IMG/VR virus record: IMGVR_UViG_3300021364_000009
Span: 1-64,000 of that record
DNA from: a virus
Length of the DNA stretch: 64,000 bases
Direction: 5' to 3' (one strand)
Part shown: one piece after another, positions 9,263 through 18,420 of the stretch
Layout: the number at the start of each line of letters is the position of its first letter
Position numbering within the stretch: position 1 is the stretch's first letter
Translations under genes and position numbers: made by a program
Notes under the pieces: generated by a model
The model's input: the letters and a program-made list of their open reading frames with translations, nothing else
The model's database searches: none
Told to the model about the DNA's origin: nothing

Positions 9263-12200
9263 TGGCTAGTGACGCAACTAAAGTAGCAGAAATAGGGGGT
9301 AGCTTAGATAGTATTTTAGGGACTCTTCAAAAAGCAGGAAAGCTAGATATTATTTCTGCTGAAGACTTAAAGAGAATGAAGTCTATGGAGAAGTTGTCGA
9401 GAGACGTTTCTAAGACTTTGGTTGAGGGCGGTGCTAAGAACTATTCTCTTATGGCTCGGAACTTAGAGGCTATTTCTTCTCGTCTTGGTGGTCTTCAACA
9501 AGAGCAGATGAAATATCTTAAGATTTACGAAAAAGCAGTTCAGTCGGGTAATGAGAATATGATCAGACTCGCTGAAAAGAGGCTCAAACTAGCCAATAAA
9601 CAAATGGAGTCTAAAAAGAAAGAAATAGAGATAGAGCAAAAGAGATACACGTTAGAATATCAGAAGCTCAAAGATTTAAAGAAAGAAATGGAATTTGCAG
9701 GGTCTAACATGCAGGGTACGATCTTTGACCCTGACCTTAACTTTAGAAATATAGATAAAATCTCAGAATATGCTGAAGGTCAGTTCGGGAACGTAGCAGA
9801 CGCATTTGGTGATGCTATGAGTGGGAGTCTTGATAATGTTGCTCAAAGAGGCATTGGAATAACGAGAGGTATAGCTAAAAGACTAAGAATAGCTGGCCAA
9901 CAAATCGAAGCTAAGTCAGGAGCTGGTGGACATTCTAAGTTAGGAGGAGCTTTAACTAAGCTAGGAAAAGGATTGGCTATTTTTGGAGGTGTGGCTGCAG
10001 GTTTGTTTGCAGTAGCAAAAGCAATGCAAGCAGTAGAGGAAGCACAAAAAGGTGCGAACAAAGAACTCTTAGACTCTATTGGTGGCACAGACCTAATGGT
10101 CGAGGGGACTAACAATCTTTATGATTCAGTGAATAAACTGAGGAAAGATTTAGCTGACGGGTCATTTGCTAATTCTATGGGTATGACTCTCGATGAAGTA
10201 AGAGGGCTAGTGGGCGAGCTTCATAATGTAGACATCACTATGAGAAGTCTTGGTGGAAATACTTATGCTCTCAAAGACATCATGAAGGATTTCCAAGCAC
10301 AATCTAAGATGCTAGGTGTTTCTTTTGGAGAGGTTGCAGAGTATTCTAACAACTTTAGGATGGAGCTAGGGTATGCGGCTTCGGATGCGTCATTCTTAGA
10401 AAGAATGGCAGACCAATTCAATACCATCAGAGATTTAGCTCTTCAATCTGGATACAACACTAACAAGTTTTTTCAGACTGTAAAGAAATTGACAGAGGGT
10501 GTTGACAACATGAACTATCGTGTTGGTCAAGCAGGTAAGTTATTTCTTAACTTGTCTAAGGTTTTAGGTCCGAAAGCGGCGGAAGCCTTCGCAGAAGGTC
10601 TAGCAGGTGGGTTCAAAGGCGAGGGTGTTGTTGATAGGTACAAAAGAATAATTCTTACAGGTGGAAAGAGATCAAAGAAAGTTATTCAAAGTGTAGCCGA
10701 ATCCGCAGCTACCAATTTCAAGAAAACCTTTCAAGGGTCAGGCTCAGAAGATTTTAGCAAAGAGAAAGAAATACTTCAGAAATACGGAATTAACGTAGAT
10801 GGAGACAAGAAGGCAATAGTACAGGCTCTAGCAAGTAAGTCAGATAAAGAACGACAGATGATTCTGGGTGAGTTGCAGACTACAGGGACTAAAGGTCAAG
10901 GTATGTCTCGGCAACTTATGGGGATGTTTGACTTAGCTAAGGGTACTAAAGGTGGGCTTTCTAATATGGCTATGGCACTTGGTCAAATGGACATGATGGG
11001 CAGTATGCAAATGCAAATGGCTCAAGTGAACGCATTTCTTGGGGAGAAAGGTTTTGCAGGAGCAAGTGCTACACAACTAGAAGCTCTTTCTAACTACACA
11101 GGGAAGAGCATGGAAGAGCTTGAGAATATGCGTCAGATTGACTTCATGATGAGAGGTCAATATATGGAGCTTGAAAAAATAAAGCAAAGTGCCAAAACAG
11201 ACGCACAAAAAACCGCAGAACTAGAACAAAAAGGTTTTAAAGGTCTAAAATTTGAGGGTGGTAAGTTAGTAACAGACTCGGGAGACGAAGTTAAGAATCT
11301 CAATGACTACATGGCTTCTCAAGGTTCTGTAATAGAAGACATGAAGATGGACACCACTACTCAAAATCAACTTTTGAGAGATAATACAGATGCCACGCTT
11401 ACTTCGGCTCAAATGATTAACAATCATTTAGGTGGTATTATGCAAAATGCCACGGACTATTTAGGCATGATGGCAAGAAGAAAAGTTAGTAAAGAAGAAC
11501 AAATACAACTAGACACTATAGAGCAAATTAACGCTAAAATAAAAGCTCTGAATCAGGATGGCACAGAAAAAGAGGCTAAGATTAGATCAGAGATCAATGC
11601 TTTAGAGGCATCTAAAGAGGGTGTTACAGACGCAGGGAGATTATTAGAAATAAACAGGGCTATTGAAGAAAAACAGAATTCTCTTACTACTTTGAGAGAA
11701 GATAAAGGTTTAAGGAGTCGGAAATTATTGGCTCAGAAGCGAGCGGCTTCTGGATCGCAGGGTTTGCAGTTAATAAAAGAATTGAATGCTAACTCTGCCT
11801 TTTTGGAAGGAGGAGGTTTTACTTCCCCAGAGTATAGCAAAACATTACTAGATAGAGGTTTAAAGGGTAAGAGTAGGGAGGAGTTGCAGAAAATGGGGTA
11901 CACTCCCGAACAGGCAAGTAATCTAATTGCTCGAAATGCTGTTTTAGATAGTCAGGGGGCACATCTAAAAGGTTCGCATGTTGCTACATCGAGTCAAGCA
12001 CAAGCTTTAATTGATGATTTGGCGAGTAGTGATGACAGCAAGGTGCATGGGGGAGCAATAAATCAAACTACGATGCAATCTGGTTATTATGCAAACGTCG
12101 CAAAGGCTCATATGGAGACTACAACGGAAGTAAGGCAGGCACTAGAATCAGTAGGCATTCAGAAGCAAGGGTTTGCTCCTAATTCTCCGTTTATAGATAC

Positions 12201-12819
12201 CAAAAGTGGGATAGACATTACTGACCGAGAAAAGAATGCACAAAAAATTGCAGATGAAATCAAGAGTTTACAAGACAAATTAACTAGCGAGACAGATGAG
12301 AAGAAAAAAGAGGAACTGCGTCAGAAAATATTCACTAAGAATAGACACATGAAAGATTTCTATGTGGACACACAAGTTCAAGCATTACGAGAAGCAAAAA
12401 AAATAGAAAGTCAGGGTTATGTTAAGGATATTTTAGGGGAAGAAACTAAGCTTGATACTGCAAACCAACGCAAAAACGCTATGCAAAAACTGAGGCAAAA
12501 GCTTGAAGGTATGGCCGCAGATGACCCGAATAGGGATAGGGTTCAAAATGCGATAAATCAATTAGGTGCAAGTGAAGTTTTCTATTCTAAAGACTCAAGA
12601 AGTGCTTCAACTAGCAATAGACCTATGCTCTTTAGGAGAGGTACTCTTACAGTAGGGCAACCATACGATCAAGTCGATATGTATGACCCTAGAGGAAGAG
12701 GGGCAAGCGGAGGGGGAGGCGTCACAAATGTTATTAATGTTTATGGAGGAGATGAGAAGAGGATCGTAGATTTATTTAAGAGAGTTACAAAAGCTAACTC
12801 AGGAAGAACAATGGGGTAA
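9259..12819 (+). CDS. Tape measure protein
   Basis: 1186 aa, helical, Ala/Gly/Met-rich, hydrophobic segment GLAIFGGVAAGLFAVA, C-terminal GGGGVTNVINVYG; position in tail module. Confidence 0.8.
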   Translation: MMASDATKVAEIGGSLDSILGTLQKAGKLDIISAEDLKRMKSMEKLSRDVSKTLVEGGAKNYSLMARNLEAISSRLGGLQQEQMKYLKIYEKAVQSGNENMIRLAEKRLKLANKQMESKKKEIEIEQKRYTLEYQKLKDLKKEMEFAGSNMQGTIFDPDLNFRNIDKISEYAEGQFGNVADAFGDAMSGSLDNVAQRGIGITRGIAKRLRIAGQQIEAKSGAGGHSKLGGALTKLGKGLAIFGGVAAGLFAVAKAMQAVEEAQKGANKELLDSIGGTDLMVEGTNNLYDSVNKLRKDLADGSFANSMGMTLDEVRGLVGELHNVDITMRSLGGNTYALKDIMKDFQAQSKMLGVSFGEVAEYSNNFRMELGYAASDASFLERMADQFNTIRDLALQSGYNTNKFFQTVKKLTEGVDNMNYRVGQAGKLFLNLSKVLGPKAAEAFAEGLAGGFKGEGVVDRYKRIILTGGKRSKKVIQSVAESAATNFKKTFQGSGSEDFSKEKEILQKYGINVDGDKKAIVQALASKSDKERQMILGELQTTGTKGQGMSRQLMGMFDLAKGTKGGLSNMAMALGQMDMMGSMQMQMAQVNAFLGEKGFAGASATQLEALSNYTGKSMEELENMRQIDFMMRGQYMELEKIKQSAKTDAQKTAELEQKGFKGLKFEGGKLVTDSGDEVKNLNDYMASQGSVIEDMKMDTTTQNQLLRDNTDATLTSAQMINNHLGGIMQNATDYLGMMARRKVSKEEQIQLDTIEQINAKIKALNQDGTEKEAKIRSEINALEASKEGVTDAGRLLEINRAIEEKQNSLTTLREDKGLRSRKLLAQKRAASGSQGLQLIKELNANSAFLEGGGFTSPEYSKTLLDRGLKGKSREELQKMGYTPEQASNLIARNAVLDSQGAHLKGSHVATSSQAQALIDDLASSDDSKVHGGAINQTTMQSGYYANVAKAHMETTTEVRQALESVGIQKQGFAPNSPFIDTKSGIDITDREKNAQKIADEIKSLQDKLTSETDEKKKEELRQKIFTKNRHMKDFYVDTQVQALREAKKIESQGYVKDILGEETKLDTANQRKNAMQKLRQKLEGMAADDPNRDRVQNAINQLGASEVFYSKDSRSASTSNRPMLFRRGTLTVGQPYDQVDMYDPRGRGASGGGGVTNVINVYGGDEKRIVDLFKRVTKANSGRTMG

Positions 12820-12822
12820 AAA

Positions 12823-13461
12823 ATGGCTAAGATTATAAACACCCCTTTTAGATCACACGAAGATCAGTTTTTAAATCAGAATAAGCGTCCTGTTGTTTTT
12901 GACATAATCGCCCCAGATGGACGCAACTCTATGCTTCCCGAAGGGATTAAGCTAGTCTGCCACTCGAACCCAAAAGATTTAAATTTCAGCTACACTAAAA
13001 AAGTCTCACGTTCTCCTACTATTGGGGGGTGGGTTGAGACGTATTGGGGAGAAGAGCCTTATACTATTTCTTTATCTCTTTCTTCTGGAGGCTTCATCCG
13101 TCTAGGTTCGGGTTTGTCCAATGTTACAGGTCCTGTTAAGACTCTTGGCAGTGCATTAGACTCCAAAGAGACTTTCGGTGAAGACTTGGGTGGAAATAGA
13201 AGAGAAACAATTACTTATGACAAGTATTTAGACCTTCTCTCTTTGTTTCACAACAATGGCTCTATCTACGACGAGCAAGGCTTTGTGGTATTACAAGGCT
13301 CTATTAAAATGTCTTATGACGGGGGGACATGGTTTGGTTGGTTTCAGAGTTTCTCCGTGGCAGAGGCTGCTGAGAAGCCTTATTCTTTCGATCTCTCTTG
13401 TGTCTTCCAAGTAGAAAGAGAAATACACGGTGTGAGAACACAAGGAGGCGTGTTTAGATGA
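12823..13461 (+). CDS. Putative tail tube initiator/baseplate protein
   Basis: NPKDLNFSY..T.GGWVETYWGEE; follows tape measure; paralogous to the next gene. Confidence 0.6.
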   Translation: MAKIINTPFRSHEDQFLNQNKRPVVFDIIAPDGRNSMLPEGIKLVCHSNPKDLNFSYTKKVSRSPTIGGWVETYWGEEPYTISLSLSSGGFIRLGSGLSNVTGPVKTLGSALDSKETFGEDLGGNRRETITYDKYLDLLSLFHNNGSIYDEQGFVVLQGSIKMSYDGGTWFGWFQSFSVAEAAEKPYSFDLSCVFQVEREIHGVRTQGGVFR

Positions 13462-14456
13462 AAGGAACTACCGCTACATTTCCCTATGTTAATCTTCCTA
13501 CAGATGAGGACTTCATATTATTTCCTGAAGATAATATTGGAACCATCCCTATTGATGGCAGTCATCAGAATCTAAGAAGGTTCTCACCTTTCATCTTGGA
13601 AGTAATACCTCCTAAGATTAATGATCCAAGCACAGGACAAGAAAGAGTCATAAACTATGGTTTAGTCTCAAGAGTACAAGAAAGAAATAAGCCCTTCTCT
13701 TCTCCTTTGCGAGAGGTACAGCAAACAAGACCTGTGAGAAGCTCTAGGATTTCCCCTAATATTTCTTCATTAGCGTCTCAGCCTGTAGGAGGCCGAAGAA
13801 GCCGAGCACAAGGAGAGAGCTTTGTTACGATTTCTGACTCTTTAAGCTCTAGGTTTACGGACAGAAATAACCTCTTAGAGGTTGCAAGGCAGACATTTGC
13901 TTTGGATTTCTTGCCTCCTATAGTGTTTCTGATAAACCCTGCTAGTTTAGATGTCGCTTATAATGCCATTCAGAATTTCTCTGAACAGACTAGATATGGT
14001 TTTATATTTCAGAGATGGGGTGAGGAACTTCCTGAGTTGTCTTTGAGCTGTAGGATTGGTGGTTTTATTGCGGGTCGTGCTCAGAATGAGTCTGTAGACG
14101 AGAATGGAAATCTCCGAGGGGTTTCAGGTTTACAGATGGCAAGCAAGAAAGACAGTGCTTCTTATCGTCAGTTGATGTCTTTGCTCGCTATTTATAAGAA
14201 TGGGTCTGCTCTTGTAGATACTGTAAGCAGATCGAGGGCATATTATGCTGTAGGTAGACAAGCTATCCATTATGACGGGCAAACATGGGAGGGGAGAATA
14301 AACTCCTTCTCCTATACTGAAGATGAGAACTCTATTCATGGAGGTCTTACTTTGGATATTGGATTTACTGTCTATAAGCACTACTGGCACGATCAAGGTA
14401 GTGGTGGCATACAATCACATCTGACGAATGTGAACAAAAAAGAAGGAGGTAGATAA
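13458..14456 (+). CDS. Putative tail tube initiator/baseplate protein (paralog)
   Basis: NPASLDVAY..TRYGFIFQRWGEE..GGFI pattern shared with 12823. Confidence 0.55.
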   Translation: MKGTTATFPYVNLPTDEDFILFPEDNIGTIPIDGSHQNLRRFSPFILEVIPPKINDPSTGQERVINYGLVSRVQERNKPFSSPLREVQQTRPVRSSRISPNISSLASQPVGGRRSRAQGESFVTISDSLSSRFTDRNNLLEVARQTFALDFLPPIVFLINPASLDVAYNAIQNFSEQTRYGFIFQRWGEELPELSLSCRIGGFIAGRAQNESVDENGNLRGVSGLQMASKKDSASYRQLMSLLAIYKNGSALVDTVSRSRAYYAVGRQAIHYDGQTWEGRINSFSYTEDENSIHGGLTLDIGFTVYKHYWHDQGSGGIQSHLTNVNKKEGGR

Positions 14457-17400
14457 TGTCTGTAGAAAAAAGACCTTTTGCAGGAAATTGGTCTCCTGAC
14501 ATTCTTAATTATAAGAGGAAATACACCACTTGGACACCTGACGCTATTGTGCTTTTCAATGGAGACACAAAGTTACCTGGATGTAATGAGTGTAAGAATA
14601 AGATAGATTTCCAATCTTTTATTACGAGCGTCAACTGTAGTGCAGGTACGGATTCAGGTTCTTCTTCAGCGGATATTTCTTTATCTATCCCATCTCATTA
14701 TGGGGACAGTATATTTAAAGATGGAGAGTTTTTATTTGAAACAGGTGTAGAGATAAACATTTATTACAGAGGTTTTTTTGAAGTAAGTGGTTTAAGACCA
14801 GAAGGGGAAATAGTTTCAGAGAATATAGGCGGAGAGCAAGCGGAGTTTGACTTAAATAAAGTAGAGATGAGACCTTACTACCCTGTGTTTCATGGTGTGG
14901 TGACATCTGTCAGCTATAACTTCTCTGGAGGTTTTTATTCTGCTTCTCTTTCTTGTGCAAACATCCTTCATTTTTGGAACAATCAAAAGATTAGCACCTC
15001 CGCCGCTTACATGGCGGCTAAACCTACTGCGAGTAGAGGTTCTGTAAGATTTGATGGTCATGTTTATACAAACATGACCCCACATCAGATTATCTATGAC
15101 TTGTATCGTGACTCAGCTGGTTCGGCAGATGGGGTAAGTTGGACATTCTCTAAGAAATCTAATCTCACAGGAAAGACACAGTTAGAGGGCAGGTCGGAAA
15201 GTCTTTATTCTCTTTCTTTATTGTATTGGAATACTAGATTCGCTCAAGGTGCTTATTCTTTAAGAATGTACGGAGCTTCGGGGGCAGTCTACACCGGTCT
15301 TCAAACAACATATCTTGGAAATAAGACTGCAACCTCAAGGCGTCTGCAAAAGTTGAGCACTGCAGCTCCTGGATCGAAAAGTGCGAGAGAGTTTCAAACG
15401 GAATATGCGATTAAGCTCTCTGAGAGCGATGAGAAGCTCAGAGTATTAAGACAACCCGATGGTGATCTTCTTCCTGCTCTTCCGGGAAGTAAGACAGGAG
15501 TATCTGTAGCAGATCAGAAAGCGTTTATTCCCGATGTTTCTGCGATGGGTAGTTTCGAGCTTTTTGACACACAATATGACACAAAGCTTGGTATTGCAGG
15601 TCTAGTCGCAGACAAAGCTGGCTATGAGTTTTATCAAGATGTAGATGGTTCTTTGGTTTTTAAACCGCCCTTCTATAACTTAGATACAAGTTCGAGCCGT
15701 GTTTACAGGATAGAGAATGAGGACATTCTTGATATTTCTTTTGAGAACCAAGAGCCTGAGTACACTTATGCTGTCTGTAAGGGGGGCTTATTTAGAAATA
15801 CAGCAGGTCTTGGTATGGAAGGTACTTGGGGTGTTAAGAGTACTTATGTAGACTATAGGCTAGTAGCGAAATATGGTTGGAAAGCATTAGAGTTCGACAC
15901 CACTTTCTTTAACAATAAGATTGCCGCTTACTATGCGGCCGTCGTTGAATTAGAGAAATCTAACGTAAACATAAATGGGTGTAGTGTGACTATACCTTTA
16001 CGTCCAGAGATGAGACCGGGTTATCCTATATATATTCCTTACATAGATTGCTTTTATTACGTCTCTGCAATAAGCCATTCATTTTCTTTTGGGTCAGATT
16101 GCACTACTAGCTTGACTCTGACTGCGAGAAGAAAGAAGTTCCATGCTCCCGCAACTTCAGAGAAAAATGGCATCGAAAGTATCAACTTAGCTAACCCTGC
16201 TCTCCCTCCCAAGAGACTTATCGCTAAAGATAGGCGTGGACACTACAACACTATTGGTTTCCCTAATGTGGTCATGGCACTTGACCCTACAAAAGTGAAT
16301 CCCAACCATTCTTTCTTTAGGTTTGATTTCCATCAAGGGCTTACTTCTAACAACAGTAAGCTTAGGACGGCTTTTAAGAATGGACTCGTATTACAAGCCT
16401 ATGAGATGGGGGTCTTAACTCTCTCAAGAGATGCGAGTGCAAATCCACAAGACGATGGCTTCTTTAATGGTCCTTGGGTTTTGTCAATTCCTTCAGAGGA
16501 AGGTGGTGTGATTCAAACTCGTCTTGGAGTTGAGAAGGGGTATGCTTCAACGTATGATGCGGCTAAAGACAGATTCAAAAGAGGTAAATATGTAGGTGTG
16601 GATATTTCTGGGACAGGGGCACTTAGAAAATTAGCACAGCAGAGAGATGCGAAGATTCAAGAAGCACTTAAGAGTAAGAACAGTAAAGACTTTGGAGAAA
16701 TAGATAAGGAAGCAAGGGCAGAATATTATCGTCGTCGTAGTGAGCTTAGAGCAAAAGAAGGGGGTAGTTTTTCGGTAATAGATTTAATCGACCTTGTACA
16801 AGATAGTAATCCTAGTGGAGGTCAGCCTGAAAACACGACAGCAAGCACCGCTAATATTCTTAAGATGTTGGATGATAAGAAATCTTCTTTTAATCCTAAT
16901 GTTCCAGGTTATTACCGCTACTATTCTAGTTCTCACCCAAAACCTGAACACCAAGCTCCTGAAGATATGAAAACAGACAAGGATGGGAACCTTGTTTCTT
17001 TAGACCCACAACTTTTAGTCGATGGCGTTGAAGGCTTTATCTTAAAAGATAAGCAAACCTTTGGAGCCTTGCCCGATGAGGTTGTGGTACAGAAAGAGAA
17101 AATTAAAAGAGGGTTTAAAACTAAGACCAAATATTCTAAGACAGAACCAGAAATAGTTCCTACGAAAGATATTCTTCATCTTTCTTTCCAATATCATGGA
17201 GCTTATAAGAAAAAAGGAATCTACAAGGACACGATCAAAGTACAGCGTAGTCCTAAAAGTATCGAAAGAGACATCAGGATAGCAGTCAAACGTGGTGTGG
17301 ATAGTGCGTTTAAAGGGAAGAAGTCTATTTCTTCTTCCGACTTAGTGGCGAAAGTTTTCAACAATGCTACTAAAGCAAATGCTGTAGGTGCTCAATTGAA

Positions 17401-18415
17401 GGCCGCCCAAGTCCGTTTTAAAGGAGAGTATGTTTCGATAACAGATAACCACCCTACTGTTCCTATTAAAGAAAAGAGGGGTATTATATCTCAAACCGCC
17501 ACAGGTATTATTTTTGCAGTCAAATCAGACCATCCTGCTATTTTTACTAGAGGTGCGTCCCTTTCTGAAGCAGAGTACAAAGCAGAAGTAGATAAAATAG
17601 CTTCAGACTTATCGAATATATTTAATGTATCTATCTCAGGGTCAGCAGGGATTTCAGGGAAATCCAAAGTTGGAGAGTCTAATAAGTTTAATGGCTATGT
17701 CTCACCGATATTTCCCATTTCAGATGAAAAAGGCTATGAGGTTTTCGGGGCTTACCAATATGGTAGGGGCTTAGATATTGTCCCAAACGCTGAGTTTGAT
17801 TCTCTTTTGAAGAGAGACGCTACTCAGCTTCTGACGAACAGAGAGTCAGATCAGCTTCTTGAGGATATAAAGGGAGGTAAAGGACGTTTTGCTTTTATTG
17901 CAGCCGCACAAAGTGCTTATAAGAGAATAAACGGCGATGGGGCAGAAATAGGTCAAGAATTAAAAGATGTGTATTTCAGACTAACAGGCGAAGAAGCACC
18001 TGGAACTAGAAAAAACCTAATATCGGGTATTGCGAATGCTTTAGAAGGTTCCGATAGGCAAGATCAAGTCGTAGTAAATACACCGATACGACTCAGAGAC
18101 CTTCGACCATTATTACAAGACAAAGAAGCCTGTGATTGTCGTGCAGATAATGCAGATATTCAGATAGTGCTCGCAGAAGAATTTCTTCAACCTGTAGACG
18201 GTGACGAGCAAGAATCTGCGATAGTGAGAGCACAAAAAGCGAAGATTAAGGGTAAAGTTAAAGAATGGTCTGACAGGCAGTCTTCTTTACAAGGAGAGGT
18301 AGAGACTTCTTCTTCTGCCCCACTTCCAACAAATATAAGAAGTAGACTAGAAGGAGCACTTAAAGATTTAGGCTCTCTGAGTGATTTTCCAATACCTAAG
18401 CCTCCAAAGGATTAA
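14456..18415 (+). CDS. Baseplate hub protein (gp27/gpD-like) with long C-terminal extension
   Basis: YEFYQDVDGSLVFKPPFY; PLRPEMRPGYPIYI..YYVSAISHSF..TTSLTL; synteny. Confidence 0.7.
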   Translation: MSVEKRPFAGNWSPDILNYKRKYTTWTPDAIVLFNGDTKLPGCNECKNKIDFQSFITSVNCSAGTDSGSSSADISLSIPSHYGDSIFKDGEFLFETGVEINIYYRGFFEVSGLRPEGEIVSENIGGEQAEFDLNKVEMRPYYPVFHGVVTSVSYNFSGGFYSASLSCANILHFWNNQKISTSAAYMAAKPTASRGSVRFDGHVYTNMTPHQIIYDLYRDSAGSADGVSWTFSKKSNLTGKTQLEGRSESLYSLSLLYWNTRFAQGAYSLRMYGASGAVYTGLQTTYLGNKTATSRRLQKLSTAAPGSKSAREFQTEYAIKLSESDEKLRVLRQPDGDLLPALPGSKTGVSVADQKAFIPDVSAMGSFELFDTQYDTKLGIAGLVADKAGYEFYQDVDGSLVFKPPFYNLDTSSSRVYRIENEDILDISFENQEPEYTYAVCKGGLFRNTAGLGMEGTWGVKSTYVDYRLVAKYGWKALEFDTTFFNNKIAAYYAAVVELEKSNVNINGCSVTIPLRPEMRPGYPIYIPYIDCFYYVSAISHSFSFGSDCTTSLTLTARRKKFHAPATSEKNGIESINLANPALPPKRLIAKDRRGHYNTIGFPNVVMALDPTKVNPNHSFFRFDFHQGLTSNNSKLRTAFKNGLVLQAYEMGVLTLSRDASANPQDDGFFNGPWVLSIPSEEGGVIQTRLGVEKGYASTYDAAKDRFKRGKYVGVDISGTGALRKLAQQRDAKIQEALKSKNSKDFGEIDKEARAEYYRRRSELRAKEGGSFSVIDLIDLVQDSNPSGGQPENTTASTANILKMLDDKKSSFNPNVPGYYRYYSSSHPKPEHQAPEDMKTDKDGNLVSLDPQLLVDGVEGFILKDKQTFGALPDEVVVQKEKIKRGFKTKTKYSKTEPEIVPTKDILHLSFQYHGAYKKKGIYKDTIKVQRSPKSIERDIRIAVKRGVDSAFKGKKSISSSDLVAKVFNNATKANAVGAQLKAAQVRFKGEYVSITDNHPTVPIKEKRGIISQTATGIIFAVKSDHPAIFTRGASLSEAEYKAEVDKIASDLSNIFNVSISGSAGISGKSKVGESNKFNGYVSPIFPISDEKGYEVFGAYQYGRGLDIVPNAEFDSLLKRDATQLLTNRESDQLLEDIKGGKGRFAFIAAAQSAYKRINGDGAEIGQELKDVYFRLTGEEAPGTRKNLISGIANALEGSDRQDQVVVNTPIRLRDLRPLLQDKEACDCRADNADIQIVLAEEFLQPVDGDEQESAIVRAQKAKIKGKVKEWSDRQSSLQGEVETSSSAPLPTNIRSRLEGALKDLGSLSDFPIPKPPKD

Positions 18416-18420
18416 GAAAT